From NCBI RefSeq assembly GCF_044704955.1, contig NC_091989.1, forward strand, positions 104,284,001 through 104,348,000: a stretch of 64,000 bases of DNA, written 5' to 3'. Shown piece after piece: positions 1-13,900 of the stretch; position 1 is the first letter of the stretch, and each line of letters begins with the position of its first letter. The DNA is from Pristiophorus japonicus. Taxonomy: Eukaryota. The translations under genes were made by a program, and so were the position numbers. The notes under the pieces were generated by a model that was not told where the DNA came from, searched no databases, and saw only the letters and a list, made by a program, of their open reading frames with translations.

Positions 1-847
1 TTCCTGTCCTGCTGTGCAGCAGAGCCACCCATGGTGCCATGAACTTGGATGCTGCTGCATTCCCCAGATGAGCCATCTCCCTCAACAGTACCCTAAACGG
101 TATATCTGTTTTGGAGGGAGCTGACCACAAAGGACAGCTGCACTATCTTCCTTCCACTGCTCTTCTTGCTGGTCACCCATTCCTATCTGCCTGTGTAACC
201 TTTGCCTGTGGTGTGACCAACTCATTAAATGTGCTATTCACGACATCCTTAGCATCGCAGATACTCCAGAGTGAATCCATTGCCACAATGAGATCTGTCA
301 GGAGCTGTAGCTAGACACACTTCCTGCAAACATAGTAGTCAGGGACACTGGAAGCGTCCCTGATTTCCCACATAGCAAAGGCAGAGCATGACACTGGTCT
401 GGGCTCTCCTGCTATGACGTAATCCTTAAATTAACTTAATTTGGCAACAATGCCAAAGGTTACCTACTGATAAGAAAAAAAGAAAAAGAAAAAGATTAAA
501 TACTCACCAATCCACCAGCCAATCACTTACCCGCTTGGCTGTGACGTCACACTTCGATTTCTTTTTACTTTTTTGTGTACCTTCTGCCCCTGCACCAGCT
601 AGTCTCCTCCCAATGGCCGCATCCATTTATTGGTCTCCCGGACTGCCGCTCCTGCTCCTGTGGCCTCCTCCTGAAGGCTGCGCCCTTTTATGGGTCTCCC
701 AAACTGCCACTCCCACTCCTGTGGCCTCCTCCCGACTGCCGCGCCCTTTTATGGGTCTCCCGAACTGCAGCTCCTGCTCCTGTGGCCTCCTCCCAATTGC
801 CGCGCCCTTTTATGGGTCTCCCAAACTGCCACTCCCGCTCCCGCTCC
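1..847 (-). mobile_element. CR1 LINE 5' part (5' UTR and N-terminus of ORF1), runs off window start
   Basis: The reverse strand matches the ORF1 N-terminus and 5' UTR of the CR1 copies at 11000-12600 and 56700-57680. It has the CRE palindrome GTGACGTCAC at 541-550 and CCAAT boxes. Confidence 0.85.
603..847. repeat. Tandem repeat, 4 copies of a 61-bp unit, in the CR1 5' UTR
   Basis: A CCCTTTTATGGGTCTCCC-like core recurs with a 61-bp period (the A at 629, 690, 751 and 812). Confidence 0.9.
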
Positions 848-1821
848 AGATATTTACAATATACATTAATGATTTAGATAAAGGAATTGAATGTAATACC
901 TCCAAGTTTGCAGATGACACTAAGTTGGCTGGCAGTGTGAGCTGTGAGGAGGATGCTAATACGCTGCAGGGTGACATGGACAGGTTAGGTGAGTGGGCAA
1001 ATGCATGGCAGATGCAGTATAATGTGGATAAAAGTGAGTTTATCCACTTTGGTGGCAAAAACGGGAAAGCATAATATTATCTGAATGGTGACAGGTTAGG
1101 AAAAAGAGAGGTACAACGAGACCTGGGAGTCATGGTACATCAGTCACTGAAAGTTGGCATGCAGGTACAGCAGTTGGTAAAGAAGGCAAGCGAAAGGATT
1201 AGAGTATAGGAGCAGGGAGATTTTACTGCAGTTGTAGAGAGCCTTGGTGAGGCAACATCTTGAATATTGTGTACAGTTTTGGTGTCCTAATCTGAGGAAG
1301 GACATTGTTGCTATTGAGGAAGTGCAGCGAAGGTTCACCAGACTGATTCCCAGGATGGCAGGACTGACATATGAAGAAAGACTGGATTGACTAGGCTTAT
1401 ATTCACTGGAATTTAGAAGAATGAGAGGGGATCTTATAGAAACATATAAAATTCTGACGGGATTAGATCAGATTAGATGCAGTAGGAAGTTTCCAGATGT
1501 TGGGGAAGTCCAGAACCAGGGTTCACAGTCTAAGGATAAGGGGTAAGCCATTTAGGACCGAGATGAGGAGAAACTTCTTCACTCAGAGAATTGTGAACCT
1601 GTGAAATTCTCTGCCACAGAAAGTTGTTGAGACAAGTTCGTTAGATATATTCAAAAGGGAGTTAGATGTGGCCCTTACGGCTAAAGGGATCAAAGAGGTA
1701 TAGAGAGAAGACAGGAATGGGGTAATAAGTTGCATGATCAGCCATGATCATATTGAATGGTGGTGCAGTCTCGAAGGGCCGAATGGCCTATTCCTGCACC
1801 TATTTTCTATGTTTCTATGTT
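848..1821 (+). mobile_element. CR1 LINE 3' fragment (RT C-terminus, 3' UTR, TTTCTATG tail)
   Basis: Encodes FTIYINDLD..SKFADDTKL..WQMQYNVDK, with stops. Ends TTTTCTATGTTTCTATGTT. Confidence 0.95.
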
Positions 1822-1825
1822 TATA

Positions 1826-2481
1826 CTTTAATGTTAGCCTTTATTGCAAGGGGGATAAATTATAAAAGAAGAGATGTCCTACTACAACTGTACATGATAT
1901 TGGTGAGGCCACACCTAGAGTACAGCATACAGTTTTAGTCTCTGTATTTAAGGAAGGATATACTGGCATTGGAGGTTGTTCAGAGAAGCTTCACTAGGTT
2001 GATTGCGGAGAAGAGGGGGTTGACTTACGAAGATAGGTTGAGTAGTTTGTGCCTTTATTCATTGGAGTTCAGAAGAATGAGAGTTGATCTTATCGAAACA
2101 TATAAGATAATGAGGTGGCTCGACAAGGTGGATGCAGAAAGGATATTTCCACTCATGGGTGAAACTAAAGCGCAGGGGCATAGTTTCAGAATAAGGGACC
2201 GTCCATTTAAAACTGAGATGAGGTGGGATTTCTTCTCTCAGAGGGTTGTAAATCTGTGGAGTTCTCTGCCCTGGAGAGCTGTGGAGGCTGGTTCACTGAA
2301 TATATATAAGGTGGAGATAGATGATGTTTGAGCGATAAGGGAATAAAGGATTATGAGGAGTGAGTAGGGAAGTGGAGCTGAGTTCTTGATCAGATCAGCC
2401 ATGATCTAATTAAATGGTGGAGCAGTCTCGAGAGGTCAAATGTGCAACTTCTTCTCCTATTTCTTATGTTCTTATGTTCTT
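1826..2481 (+). mobile_element. CR1 LINE 3' fragment, second subfamily (TTCTTATG tail)
   Basis: Encodes LVRPHLEY..QRSFTRLI..YSLEFRRMR..FFSQRVVNLW. Tail TTCTTATGTTCTTATGTTCTT. Confidence 0.9.
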
Positions 2482-2907
2482 ACTCTGACTTTAAATATGA
2501 TAAGGTGAAGAGAATGGTTTTCTTCACTCTCTGGGTTGGATGACTAAAGGCATTTCAAAGAATGCTCATACTTGCAATACCAAATGTTCTGCTGTAATAA
2601 AGTCTAAATACATGAAGTAAATTTTAAGCAACACTAAAATTACGTTATTTTTACATTTGATTTCCTCGTCTAATATTAATCATAGAATTGTAGAAACATA
2701 AAATCTTGCAGAACACAAGGAGGCCATTTGGCCCGGTGTGCCTGTGACAGCTCCTTGAAAGAGCTATCCAATTATTCCAGCACCTCGGCTATTTCCTCAT
2801 AATCCTCCAAATTAGCCTTCTTCAAATACATCTCAATTGCCTTTTGAAAGTTCATATGGAATCTGCTCCCACCACACTTTCACGTAGTACATTCCGAATA
2901 TTGACTA

Positions 2908-3685
2908 TCATCATCATAGGCAGTCCCTCGGAATTGAGGAAGACTTTCTTCCACTCCAAAAATGAGTTCTTAGGTGGCTGAACAGTCCAATACGAGAACC
3001 ACAGACCATCACCGATGGGCCAGATAGTCGTTGAGGGAAGGGGTGTGTGGGACTCATTTGCCACGCTCTTTCCATTGCCTGCACTTGTTTTCTGCATGCT
3101 CTTGGCGATGAGACTCGAGGTGCTCAGCGCCCTCCCGGATGCAAGACTTCCTCCACTTGGGGCAGCCTTTGGCCAAGGACTCCCTGGTGTCAGTGGGAAT
3201 GTTGCACTTTATCAGGGATGGACGTTTCCTCTGCCCATCCTTGGTTCATTTGCCGTGAAGGAGCTCCGAGTAGAGCGCTTTGTTTGGGAGTCTTGTGTCA
3301 GACATGCGAACAATGTGGCCTGCCCAGTGGAGCTGATCAAGTGTGGTCAGTGCTTCAGTGCTGGGGATGTTGGCCTGGTCAAGGATACTGACATTGGTGC
3401 GTCTGTCTTCCCACGGGATTTGTGGGATCTTGTGGAGACATCGTTGGTGATATCTCTCCAGCGACTTGAGGTGTCTACTGTACATGGTCCATGTTTCGGA
3501 GTCATACAGCAAGGTGGGTTTTACTACAGCCCATGAGCTTGGTGGCAGTTTTGAGGGCCTGGTCTTCAACCACTTTTTTCCTCAAACGGCCGAAGGCTGC
3601 AGTGGCAAACTGGAGGTGGTGTTTAATCCCGTCATCAATGCTTGCTCTTGTTGATAAGAGGCTCCCGAGGTATGGGAATATTGAC
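2908..3685 (-). mobile_element. RTE-clade LINE 3' fragment
   Basis: Minus-strand ORF 3246-3569 reads PTLLYDSETWT..LERYHQRCL..WEDRRTNVSILDQA..HWAGHIVRM..RLP, typical of the RTE RT C-terminus. The (TGA)n tail is read as TCATCATCAT at about 2908. Confidence 0.9.
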
Positions 3686-5752
3686 TAACATCTGTATCTC
3701 AAGAATTCTCCTAATTTTCCATCTACTATTTTTGCCAATTATTTTGCCATAAATAAGTGATCTCTAGCTATCGATCTAATTGTCTCAAATTTGAGAATAT
3801 ACAACTGGGGTATGCATTAATATAATAACCTGATAACGGAATATAACAATCAGATATAGCAGCATCAATTGTCAGTATGTTCAACTTCTCACGTACTCTG
3901 ATGAAACGTAAGAAAATAGCGAAACGTTTTGACTGTGTGGTTTTTGCAGTACTTAAACATGTTCGGAAATACTAAGAGGAGCACATCACGTTCCCACACT
4001 ACATAAAGATTGTGGCTCATCAGTTCAGCTCTACACAGCAGCAAATCAAGTATTACATTTCGCTCTGGTCATTGCAATATCCTGCGAAAGCGCTGCATAT
4101 GCGAAATGTGCACATTTAACCGCGACTATACTTAACATTTGCCCTGCAGATGCTATATCTGAGCCACTCTCTATACTTATCGACATTATACAACATTTTG
4201 AAAAGAACCTGCAGGTGTGTTCTAAATACTGGTGCTTTATTTTTTTGCCTACACTTCTCCTACAGTGAAAATAGTCAAATGCCTTTCACGAATTTCCTTC
4301 ATATACGACAACACTGTTCCACTGTTTTGAAATGTAATTTCTGGCCAGTTAGTTAAAACTTAAACAGAATTTAGTTTATGCGTAGGGTTTTTAAATTTAA
4401 TTTCCCCATTATTGTAACAATTTTAAGAGAAATGCTGCTAATTAAAGTTACCCTTTGTTACAGTGTGTTGCAGGTGCGAGGCGATCATGGAGGAGATATT
4501 GCGTAGTTCTTCTCCTCTCGTGACATCATGACATCGCTGGGCAGAGGATGGGACTCCCACTGTAACAATGGTTGGAAATCACAACAAGCGTGGAGAATTG
4601 GATAACATTTTGATTTGTGGGGAAATGCTGAAGAAGACGATGGGACGGATCCTGGGTTACAACACGTTGAGAGTGATTTATCTGCAACATAACTTCCAGA
4701 TACTTCGTCTGCTCACAGGCCGCCTGCATTCATCAATCATCACATGTTTAAATATAATTAAAATACAATTTAATTGAACAATTAAAACAAAAATTAAATT
4801 TTTTGAATAATAAATGTAAACATTTTTAAAGGGGCCAAAAATAACCTAAACTAATTCTAAAGATTTTTGAATGATTAAATGATTTAAGAAAAATATTTTT
4901 ACATTCATTTAAATCTTTACACTGGTAAAAATAAGTCCCTGTGCCTGCTTTTACCAGTGAAAGAGCTTCATGGGCATTCATTGGGCAGTACTTGTCCAAG
5001 TACCCAACTCTCTGCCAGCAAATGTCCATTTCCTGCGCATGCGGATGGTCTGTCAAGCTAAAACTTGACAGAACGCAAGTTGTGGGTTTTCGCGCACGCG
5101 TAGCACATGCGAAACCCAGAATATGGATGGCACTTACAGCGTGCATTGCCATAGGCCCCGTAAAACCCAGGCTATTGTTTCAGTGAATTAAACGGAAGAG
5201 AGCATTGATGTCCCAAGGTTAATACTCTGAACGAAGCAGTGTGATTCAACCCCACAGTTGGAGAAGCAGAAAAGAGTGGTGGCTTACAATACCAAAGGAT
5301 GGCGTCTATTGGGTCCATGCTGGCTGAATAATAAAGAAAATGCAAAACTAAGTCCAGCACCCTTTTGCTTCCTGGCGTATTTAATAACGTTTCCCCTAAA
5401 CTCAGATTAAAATGTTCACAGTTATTTGGTGTTGTTTGACGAACATAATACAAAGAAATATAATTTCAAATGAATGAGATCTTAAAATGAATTGTCAAAC
5501 ATCATTAATTATTATCCTTGTTGTTATTATCTTCATTCATATTGGTAGGTTTGGCGCTCATGCACATTGGTGTATATACTTGGTTTTTATTTGTAGAATC
5601 TTAGAGCACAAAAGGAGGCATTTGGCCCAACATGCCTGTACCGGCTGTTTGAAACAGCTATCCAATTAGTCCAACTAAGCTGCTCTTTCTCCGCCGCTCT
5701 TATTTAATCAATAAATACTCATGTATGTATATATGAATGTCATCACAGGCAA

Positions 5753-6356
5753 TGGGGAGAAATTGGCTTGCTTTGCTTCTCCTTTTAGCCTCTGCAGGGG
5801 GAGAAAACGGTGCGCTAAGGGTTACCGACTGAGCGCGGCGAATTCTGCAGCACACTTCCCTGATAGTTGTGCACTGGCACTAGCACTTAACGCCTCGCTC
5901 TCTTGTGGCCCAGAATTCGTGACGTCATCCGGTGCCCCACGGACTACTACCGTCCCAGATGCAATGTTTGCTCCTGCAGCTTCAACGGACGTTAACAACG
6001 ACAGCAGCAGGAGGCAGTGCCACCTCAGCTGGCCGCTTGGGGATGCTAATTAAACGCAGTGGTGGTCAGGTAGGACAAAATGTATTTAACTTCCCAGAGT
6101 AGTGTTTTGTGCTTTTTTTGCAACCCGCAATTGGGTGGTAAGGGGTCACTGTGCATGGCGATTACTTCATTGATGGTGGCGCGGCGACCCAGCACACGAC
6201 TGGAGGTGCATGGTGCTTCAGCCTCAGCAGCTCCACTAACTCTCGCGCAAATTCGTGGGAGCTGGTAGCACCACCTCCCCTGCCCCGTCTTGCCCTCCTG
6301 TCTAGGTGAAAACAGATGTTAACTGGAGGGACCACAACAGGGGAATTTCGTCCCCA
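5753..6356. mobile_element. MITE-like non-autonomous DNA element
   Basis: GC-rich non-coding block bounded by imperfect inverted termini TGGGGAGAAATT and AATTTCGTCCCCA. Confidence 0.55.
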
Positions 6357-6828
6357 CCCCACAAGGCAACAAATTCAAATTACGCATGTAGGCACTTCTG
6401 TGACAATGTCAAATTATTTCATTTTAATCGCTGTTTAGCTATATAAATTTGCATAGTCAGCATTCTTATCACAGAACAAAGGCTATGATATAATTTGAAA
6501 AATTTTCAAGTTTGAATCATTTATCTAGTGTAAATAGTCTGCGAGCCCTTGAATCGTTCAGGACTGAATAAAAATTCATTCAGGCAGTTTCTGGTCACGG
6601 GATGGTCAGCTCTATGACCTCCATTTCCTCAAACTAACTAAACAACAATAAACATTAAGGAGTCACATTTGTGAAAAGACCATTCAGGTGAAATTGCCCC
6701 TTTTTCAGAGGCCTGTTAGAGCCTTTGGGGGCGCTGATGGGATGCAAGATACTTTTCACTTTCAGGGTGGGGGAGGCGCTTCTGGCTCCATGGAAATTAC
6801 CCAGGTGTTTGTGAAGGACCTACCATGG

Positions 6829-9176
6829 CTCCAGGATAGTATGTTGCCTCCTTGATGCAAGGGTCAAGGATGGTTCAGAACGGTTGCAGGACATTTTGAA
6901 GAGGGAAGGTGAACAGCGAGTTGTCGTCGTGCATATAGGTACCAACGATATAGGTAAAAAATGGGATGAGGTCCGACAAGCAGAATTTAGGGAGCTAGGA
7001 GATAAATTAAAAAGTAGGACCTCAAAAGTAATAATCTCAGGGTTGCTACCAGTGCCACATGCAAGTCAGAGTAGGAATCGCAGGATAGCTCAGATGAATA
7101 CGTGGCTTGAGGATTGGTGCAGAAGGGTGAGATGCAAATTCCTGGGACATTGGAACCATTTCTGGGGGAGGTGAGACCAGTACAAACTGGACGGTCTGCA
7201 CCTGGGCAGGACTAAAACCAATGTTCTAGGGGGAGTGTTTGCAAGTGCTGTAGGTGAGAGGGTAAACGAATATGGAAGGGGGATGGGAACCTATGCAGGT
7301 AGACAGAGGGAGGTAGAATGGGGGCAGAAGCAAAAGATAGAAAGAAGAAAAGTAAAAGTGGAGGGCAGAGAAACCCAAGGCAAAAATCAAAAAGGGTCAT
7401 ATTGTAGCAAAATTCTAAAAGGGCAAAGTATGTTAAAATGACAAGCCTGAAGGCTCTGTGCCTCAATGCGAGGAGTATTTGTAATAAGGTGGACGAATTA
7501 ACTGCACAGGCAGCAATGAATGAATATGATATAATTGGCATCACGGAGACATGGCCCCAGGGTGACCAAGGCTGGGAACTCAACATCCAGGGGTATTCAA
7601 CATTCAGGAAGGATTGACAAAAAGGAAAAGGAGGTGCGGTGGCATTGCTGGTTAAAGAGGAAATTAACGCAATGGCAAGGAAGGACATTTGCTTGGATGA
7701 TGTGGAATATATATGGGTGGAGCTGTGGAGTACCAAAGGGCAGGAAACGCTAGTGGGAGGTGTGTACAGACCACCAAACAGTAGTAGTGAGGTTGGGGAC
7801 AGCATCAAACAAGAAATTAGGGATGCGTGCAACAAAGGTACAGCAGTTCTCATAGGCGACTTTAATCTACATATAGATTGGGCTAACCAAACTGGTAGCA
7901 ATACGGTGGAGGAGGATTTCCTGGAGTGTATTAGGGATGGTTTTCTAGACCAATATGTCGTGGAACCAACTAGAGGGCTGGCCATCCGAGACTGGATGAT
8001 GTGTAATGAGAAAGGACTAATTAGCAATCTTGTTGTGCGATGCCCCTTGGGGAAGAGTGACCATAATATGGTAGAATTCTTTATTAAGCTGGAGAGTGAC
8101 ACAGTTAATTCAGAGACTAGGTTCCTGAACTCAAAGAAAGGTAACTTCAGTGGTATGAGATGTGAATTGACTAGAATAGACTGGCAAATGTTACATAAAG
8201 GGTTGACGATGGATAGGCAATGGCAAACATTTAAAGATCACATGGATGAACTTCAACAATTGTATATCCCTGTCTGGTGTAAAAATAAAACAGTAAAGGT
8301 GGCTCAACCGTGGCTAACAAAGGAAATTAGGGATAGTGTTAAATCCAAGGAAGAGGCATATGAATTGGCCAGAAAAAGCAGCAAACCTGAGGACTGGGAG
8401 AAATTTATAATTCAGCAGAGGAGGACAAAGGGTTTAATTATACGGGGGAAAATAGAGTACGAGAGGAAGCTTGCTGGGAACAGAAAAACTGACTGCAAAA
8501 GCTTCTATAGATATGTGAAGAGAAAAATATTAGTGGGTCCCTTGCAGTCAGATTCAGGTGAATGTATAATGGGGAACAAAGAAATAGCAGACCCATTGAA
8601 CAAATACTTTGGTTCAGTCTTCACGAAGGAAGAGCCAAATAACCTTCCGGATGTACTAGGGGACCGAGGGTCTAGTGAAAAGGAGGAACTAAAGGTTATC
8701 CTTATTAGGCGATAAATTGTTTTAGAGAAATTGATGGGATTGAAGGCCAATAAATCCCCGGGGCCTGAGATGCAGTATCCCAGAGTAATTAGGGAAGTGG
8801 CCCTAGAAATAGTGGATGCATTGGTGATCATTCTTCAACAGTCTATCGAGTCTGGATCAGTTCCTATGGACTGGAGGGTAACTAATGCAACACCACTTTT
8901 TAAAAAAGGAGGGAGAGAGAAAACGGGAAATTAGAGACGGGTTAACCTGACATCAGTAGTGGGGAAAATGTTGGAATCAATTATTAAAGATGAAATAGCA
9001 GCGCATTTGGAAAGCAGTGACAGAAACGGTCCAAGTCAGCATGGATTTATGAAAGGGAAATCAAGCTTGTCAAAACTTCTAGAATTTTTTGAGGATGTAA
9101 CGAGTAGAGTGTACAAGGGAGAACCAGTGGATATGGTGTATTTGGACTTGCAAAAGTCTTTTGACAAGGTTCCACA
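6829..9176 (+). mobile_element. CR1 copy A, 5' part (ORF1 esterase C-terminus, APE endonuclease, RT start)
   Basis: Motifs VVVHIGTNDIG; GVYRPPN, IGDFN, GKSDHNMV; KSPGP; SQHGFMKGKS. Breaks off at FDKVPH. Confidence 0.95.
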
Positions 9177-10997
9177 TAGAAACATAGAAACATAGAAAAT
9201 AGGTGCAGGAGTAGGCCATTCGGCCCTTTGAGCCTGCATCGCCATTCAATGAGTTCATGGCTCAATATGCAACTTCAGTACCCCATTCCTGCTTTCTCGC
9301 CATACCCCTTGATCCCCCTCGTAATAAAGACTACATCTAACTCCTTTTTAAATATATTTAGTGAATTGGCCTCAACAACTTCCACAGGTTCACCACTCTC
9401 TGGGTGAAGAAGTTTCTCCTCATCTCGGTCCGAAATGGTTTACCCGTTATCCTTAGACTGTGACCCCTGGTTCTGGCCTTCCCCAACACTTGGAACATTC
9501 TAGCTGCATTTAACCTGTCTAAACCCGTCAGAATCTTAAACATTTTTATGAAATCCCCTCTCATTCTTCTGAACTCCAGTGAATACAAGCCCAGTTGATC
9601 CAGTCTTTCTTGATATGTCAGTCTCACCATCCAGGAAATCAGACTGGTAAACCTTTGCTGCACTCCCTCAATAGGAAGAATGTCCTTCCTCAAGTTAGGA
9701 GACCAATACTGTACACAATACTCCAGGTGTGGCCTCACCAAGGCCTTATACAACTGTAGTAACACCTCCCTGCCCCTGTACTCAAATTCCCTCGCTATGA
9801 AGGCCAACATGCCATTTGCTTTCTTAACCGCGTGCTGCACCTGAATGCCAACCTTCAATGACTGATGTACCATGACACCCAGGTCTCGTTGCACCTCCCC
9901 TTTTCCTTATCTGTCACCATTCGGATAATAGACTGTCTCTCTGTTTTTACTACCAAAGTGGATAACCTCACATTTATCCACATTATACTTCATCTGCCAT
10001 GCATTTGCCCACTCACCTAACCTATCCAAGTCACTCTTAGGCCTCATAGCATCCTCCTCGCAGCTCACACTGCCACCCAACTTAGTGTCACCTGCAAATT
10101 TGAAGATACTGCATTTAATCCCCTCGTCTAAATCATTAATGTACAATGTAAACAGCTGGGGCCCCAGCACAGAACCTTGCGGTAACCGACTAGTCACTGC
10201 CTGCCATTCTGAAAAGTACCCATCAACTCCTACTCTTTGCTTCCTGTCTGACAACCAGTTCTTAATCCACATCAGCACACTAGCCCCAATCCCATGTGCT
10301 TTAACTTTGCACATTAATCTCCTGTGTGGGACCTTGTCGAAAGCCTTCTGAAAGTCCAAATACACCACATCAACTGGTTGCCCCTTGTCCACTTTACTGG
10401 AAACATCCTCAAAAAATTCCAGAAGATTTGTCAAGCATGATTTCACTTTCACAAATCCATGGTGACTCGGACCTATCATGTCACCTCTTTCCAAATGCGC
10501 TGCTATGGCATCCTTAATAATTGAATCCATCATTTTACCCACTACCCATGTCAGGCTGACCGGTCGAGAATTCCCTGTTTTCTCTCTCCCTCCTATTTTA
10601 AAAAGTGGGGTTACATTGGCTACCCTCCACTCCATAGGAACTGATCCAGAGTCTATGGAATGTTGGAAAATGACTGTCAATGCATCCGCTATTTCCAAGG
10701 CCACCTCCTTAAGTACTCTGGGATGCAGTCCATCAGGCTCTGGGGATTTATTGGCCTTCAATCCCATCAATTTCCCCAAAACAATTTCCCAAATAATAAG
10801 GATTTCCCTCAGTTCCTCCTTCTTACTAGACCCTCTGACCCCTTTTATATCCGGAAGGTTATTTGTGTCCTCCTTAGTGAATACCGAACCAAATTACTTG
10901 TTCAATTGGTCTGCCATTTCTTTGTTCCCCATTATGACTTCCCCTGATTCTGACTGTAGGGGACCTTCGTTTGTCTTTACTAAGCTTTTTCTCTTTA
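9175..10997 (-). mobile_element. CR1 copy B, 3' part (inserted into copy A)
   Basis: The tail CATAGAAACATAGAAA begins at about 9175. Minus-strand RT ORFs lie at 9358-9894 and 9907-10779. Confidence 0.95.
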
Positions 10998-13900
10998 CTA
11001 TGCACCAGCATAAAGTGGCATTCGTGAGTTTGGTAAGTGGGTGAGTTTTAAGGGTTATTCTCTTTAAACCATTTGGAAACTGGAGTAAATTGTTAGTGGC
11101 AATTGCCAGTAGCTTATAAGTAAGTAGCAGTTTAATTTAAAGGGGAAAAGTTAAATAGTTGGGAATCTTTCAGGTTTCGGCAGAAAAAAACATGGTAACT
11201 CTCCAGTAGGAGGCAATTAGCAGCTAGTTAAAACCAGTTCTGTAAACAACTGACCAGTAGTGAGTCACCTGACCTAGATACAGTTTAAAAAGAGGCAGCT
11301 CGTACAGAGCACAATGTGCAGCAGCATAGAGTGGCATTCGTGAGTTTGGTAAGTGGGTGAGTTCGGGCAAAAGGGGGCGGCAGTTGCTGTTTTGTATTGT
11401 TTTTCCGAGCAGTGCTGACACTAGAGCAGCTGATAAGGAGTGCGAGAGTAGAAGACGGAGGCCCAGAGGCAAGCCCAACCCGCTGCAGACAAAGATGGAG
11501 GGGTGCGAAATTGAGAGGTGATGTCACAGCCAAGCTTGTAAGTGGTTGGCTGTTCGACTGGTAAGTATAACTCTCTTTTAGACTTACTTTTAGATTGGTT
11601 TAATTGACAGTGAACTACTAAGTAGCTGTTTGGTGTTTAAGTACATTTTAGTAAGTAAATTAATTAAAGGGCTAAGTCATGGCAGGAGAGCTCGGACCCG
11701 TGTCATGCTCCTCCTATGCTATGTGGGAAATCAGGGACTGACAACTAAGTGTGCAGGAAGTGTGTCCAGCTGCAGCTCCTGACAGACCGTGTGATGGCAC
11801 TGGAGCTGCGGATGGACTCACTCTGGAGCATGCGCGATGCTGAGAATATTGTAGATAGCACATTTAGTGAGTTGGTCACACCGCAGGTAAAGGTTAGGAC
11901 AGATAGTGAATGGGTGACCAAGAGACAAGGCAAGAGCAGGAAGGTAGTGCAGGAGTCCCCTGTGGTCATCTCCCTCTAAAACAGATGTACCGTTTTGGAT
12001 ACTATTGGGGGAGATGACTTACCAGGGGAAGGCACCAGCAGCTAGGTTCCTGACACCATGGGTGGCTCTGCTGCACAGAAGGGTGGGAAAAAGAGTGGGA
12101 GAGCTATAGTGATAGGGGACTCTATTGTAAGGCGAATAGATAGGAGTTTCTGCGGCCACAACCGAGACTCCAGGATGGTATGTTGCCTCCCTGATGCAAG
12201 GGTCAAGGATGTCTCGGAGCGGCTGCAGAGCATTCTGGAGAGGGAGGGTGAACAGGCAGTTGTCGTGGTACATGTAGGTACTAACAATATAGGTAAGAAG
12301 CGTGAACAGGGCCTACAAGCTGAATTTAGGGAGCTAGGAGTTAAATTAAAAAGTAGGACCTCAAAGGTAGTAATCTCTGGATTGCTACCAGTGACACGTG
12401 CTAATAAGAGTAGAGGGAGCAGGATAGTTAGAATAAATACGTGGCTTGAGCAGTGGTGCAAGAGGGAGGGATTCAAATTCCTGGGATATTGGAACCAGTT
12501 CTGGGGGAAGTGGGACCTGTACAAAAGGGACGGTTTGCACTTGGGTAGGACTGGAACTGATGTCTTGGGGGTAACCTTTGCTAATGCAGTTCGGGATTAT
12601 TTAAACTAATATGGCAGGTGGATGGGAACCTATACAGTGAGACAGGGCAAAGTAATATGGAGTCAGAAACAGATGGTGGAAAGGTAAAAAGCAATAGTGG
12701 AAGGCCGAGTAAACAAAGGCAAGAAACAAAAAGGCCATACTACATCATAATGCTAAAGGACAAAGGGTATTAAAAAAAAACAAGCCTGAAGGCTTTGTGT
12801 CTTAATGCAAGGAGTATCTGTAATAAGTTGGATGAATTAACTGTGCAAATAGATGTTAACAGATATGATGTGATTGGGATTACAGAGATGTGGCTCCAGG
12901 ATGATCAGAGCTGGGAACTCAACATCCAAGGGTAGTCAACATTCAGGAAGGATAGAATAAAAGGAAAAGGAGGTGGTATTGCTGGTTAAAGAGGAGATTA
13001 ATGCAATAGTTAGGAAGGACATTAGCTTGGATGATGTGGAATCTATATGGGTAGAGCTGCAGAACACTAAAGGGCAAAACACATTAGTGGGAGTTGTGTA
13101 CAGACCTCCAAACAATAGTAGTGATGTTGGGGAGGGCAACAAACAGGAAATTAGGGGTGCATGCAGTAAAGGTGCAGCAGTTATCATGGGTTACTTTAAT
13201 ATGCATATAGATTGGGCTAGCCAAACTGGAAGCAATACGGTGGAGGAGGATTTCCTGGAGTGCATAAGGGATGGTTTTCTAGACCAATTTGTCGAGGAAC
13301 CAACTAGGGGGGAGGCCATCTTAGACTGGGTGTTGTGTAATGAGAGAGGATTAATTAGCAATCTCGTTGTGCGAGGCCCGTTGGGTAAGAGTGACCATAA
13401 TATGGTGGAATTCTACATTAGGATGAAGAATTAAACAGTTAATTCAGAGACCATGGTCCAGAACTTAAAGAATGGTAACTTTGAAGGTATGAGGCGTGAA
13501 TTGGCTAGGATAGATTGGCGAATGATACTTAAGGGGTTGACAATGGATGGGCAATGGCAGACATTTAGAGACCACATGGATGAACTACAACAATTGTACA
13601 TTTCTGTCTGGCGTAAAAATAAAAAAGGGAAGGTGGCTCAACCGTGTCTATCAAGGGAAATCAGGGACAGTATTAAAGCCAAGGAAGTGGCATACAAATT
13701 GGCCAGAAATAGCAGTGCACCAGGAGACTGGGAGAAATTTAGAAATCAGCAGAGGAGGACAAAGGGTTTGATTAGGGCAGGGAAAATGAGTACAAGAGGA
13801 AGCTTGCAGGGAACATTAAGATGGACTGCAAAAGCTTCTATAGATATGTAAAGAGAAAAAGGTTAGTAAAGACAAACGTAGGTCCCCTGCAGTCAGAATC

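Noticed and set aside
535-1074. 179-aa ORF with a Pro/Leu-rich N-terminus fused to RT
   Set aside because: This is an accidental read-through from the antisense tandem repeat into an adjacent CR1 fragment.
4526-5186. Short ORFs at 4526-5186 as genes
   Set aside because: They show no recognisable domains, and part of the region looks like a degenerate non-coding repeat.
7212-8102. Long antisense ORFs over CR1 or ERV sequence (also 10478-11044, 55537-56202, 59143-59787)
   Set aside because: These are shadow frames of TE coding sequence that recur in every copy and have no independent domains.
12058-12609. SGNH esterase ORFs as novel host enzymes
   Set aside because: An esterase domain is the known ORF1 component of vertebrate CR1 elements.
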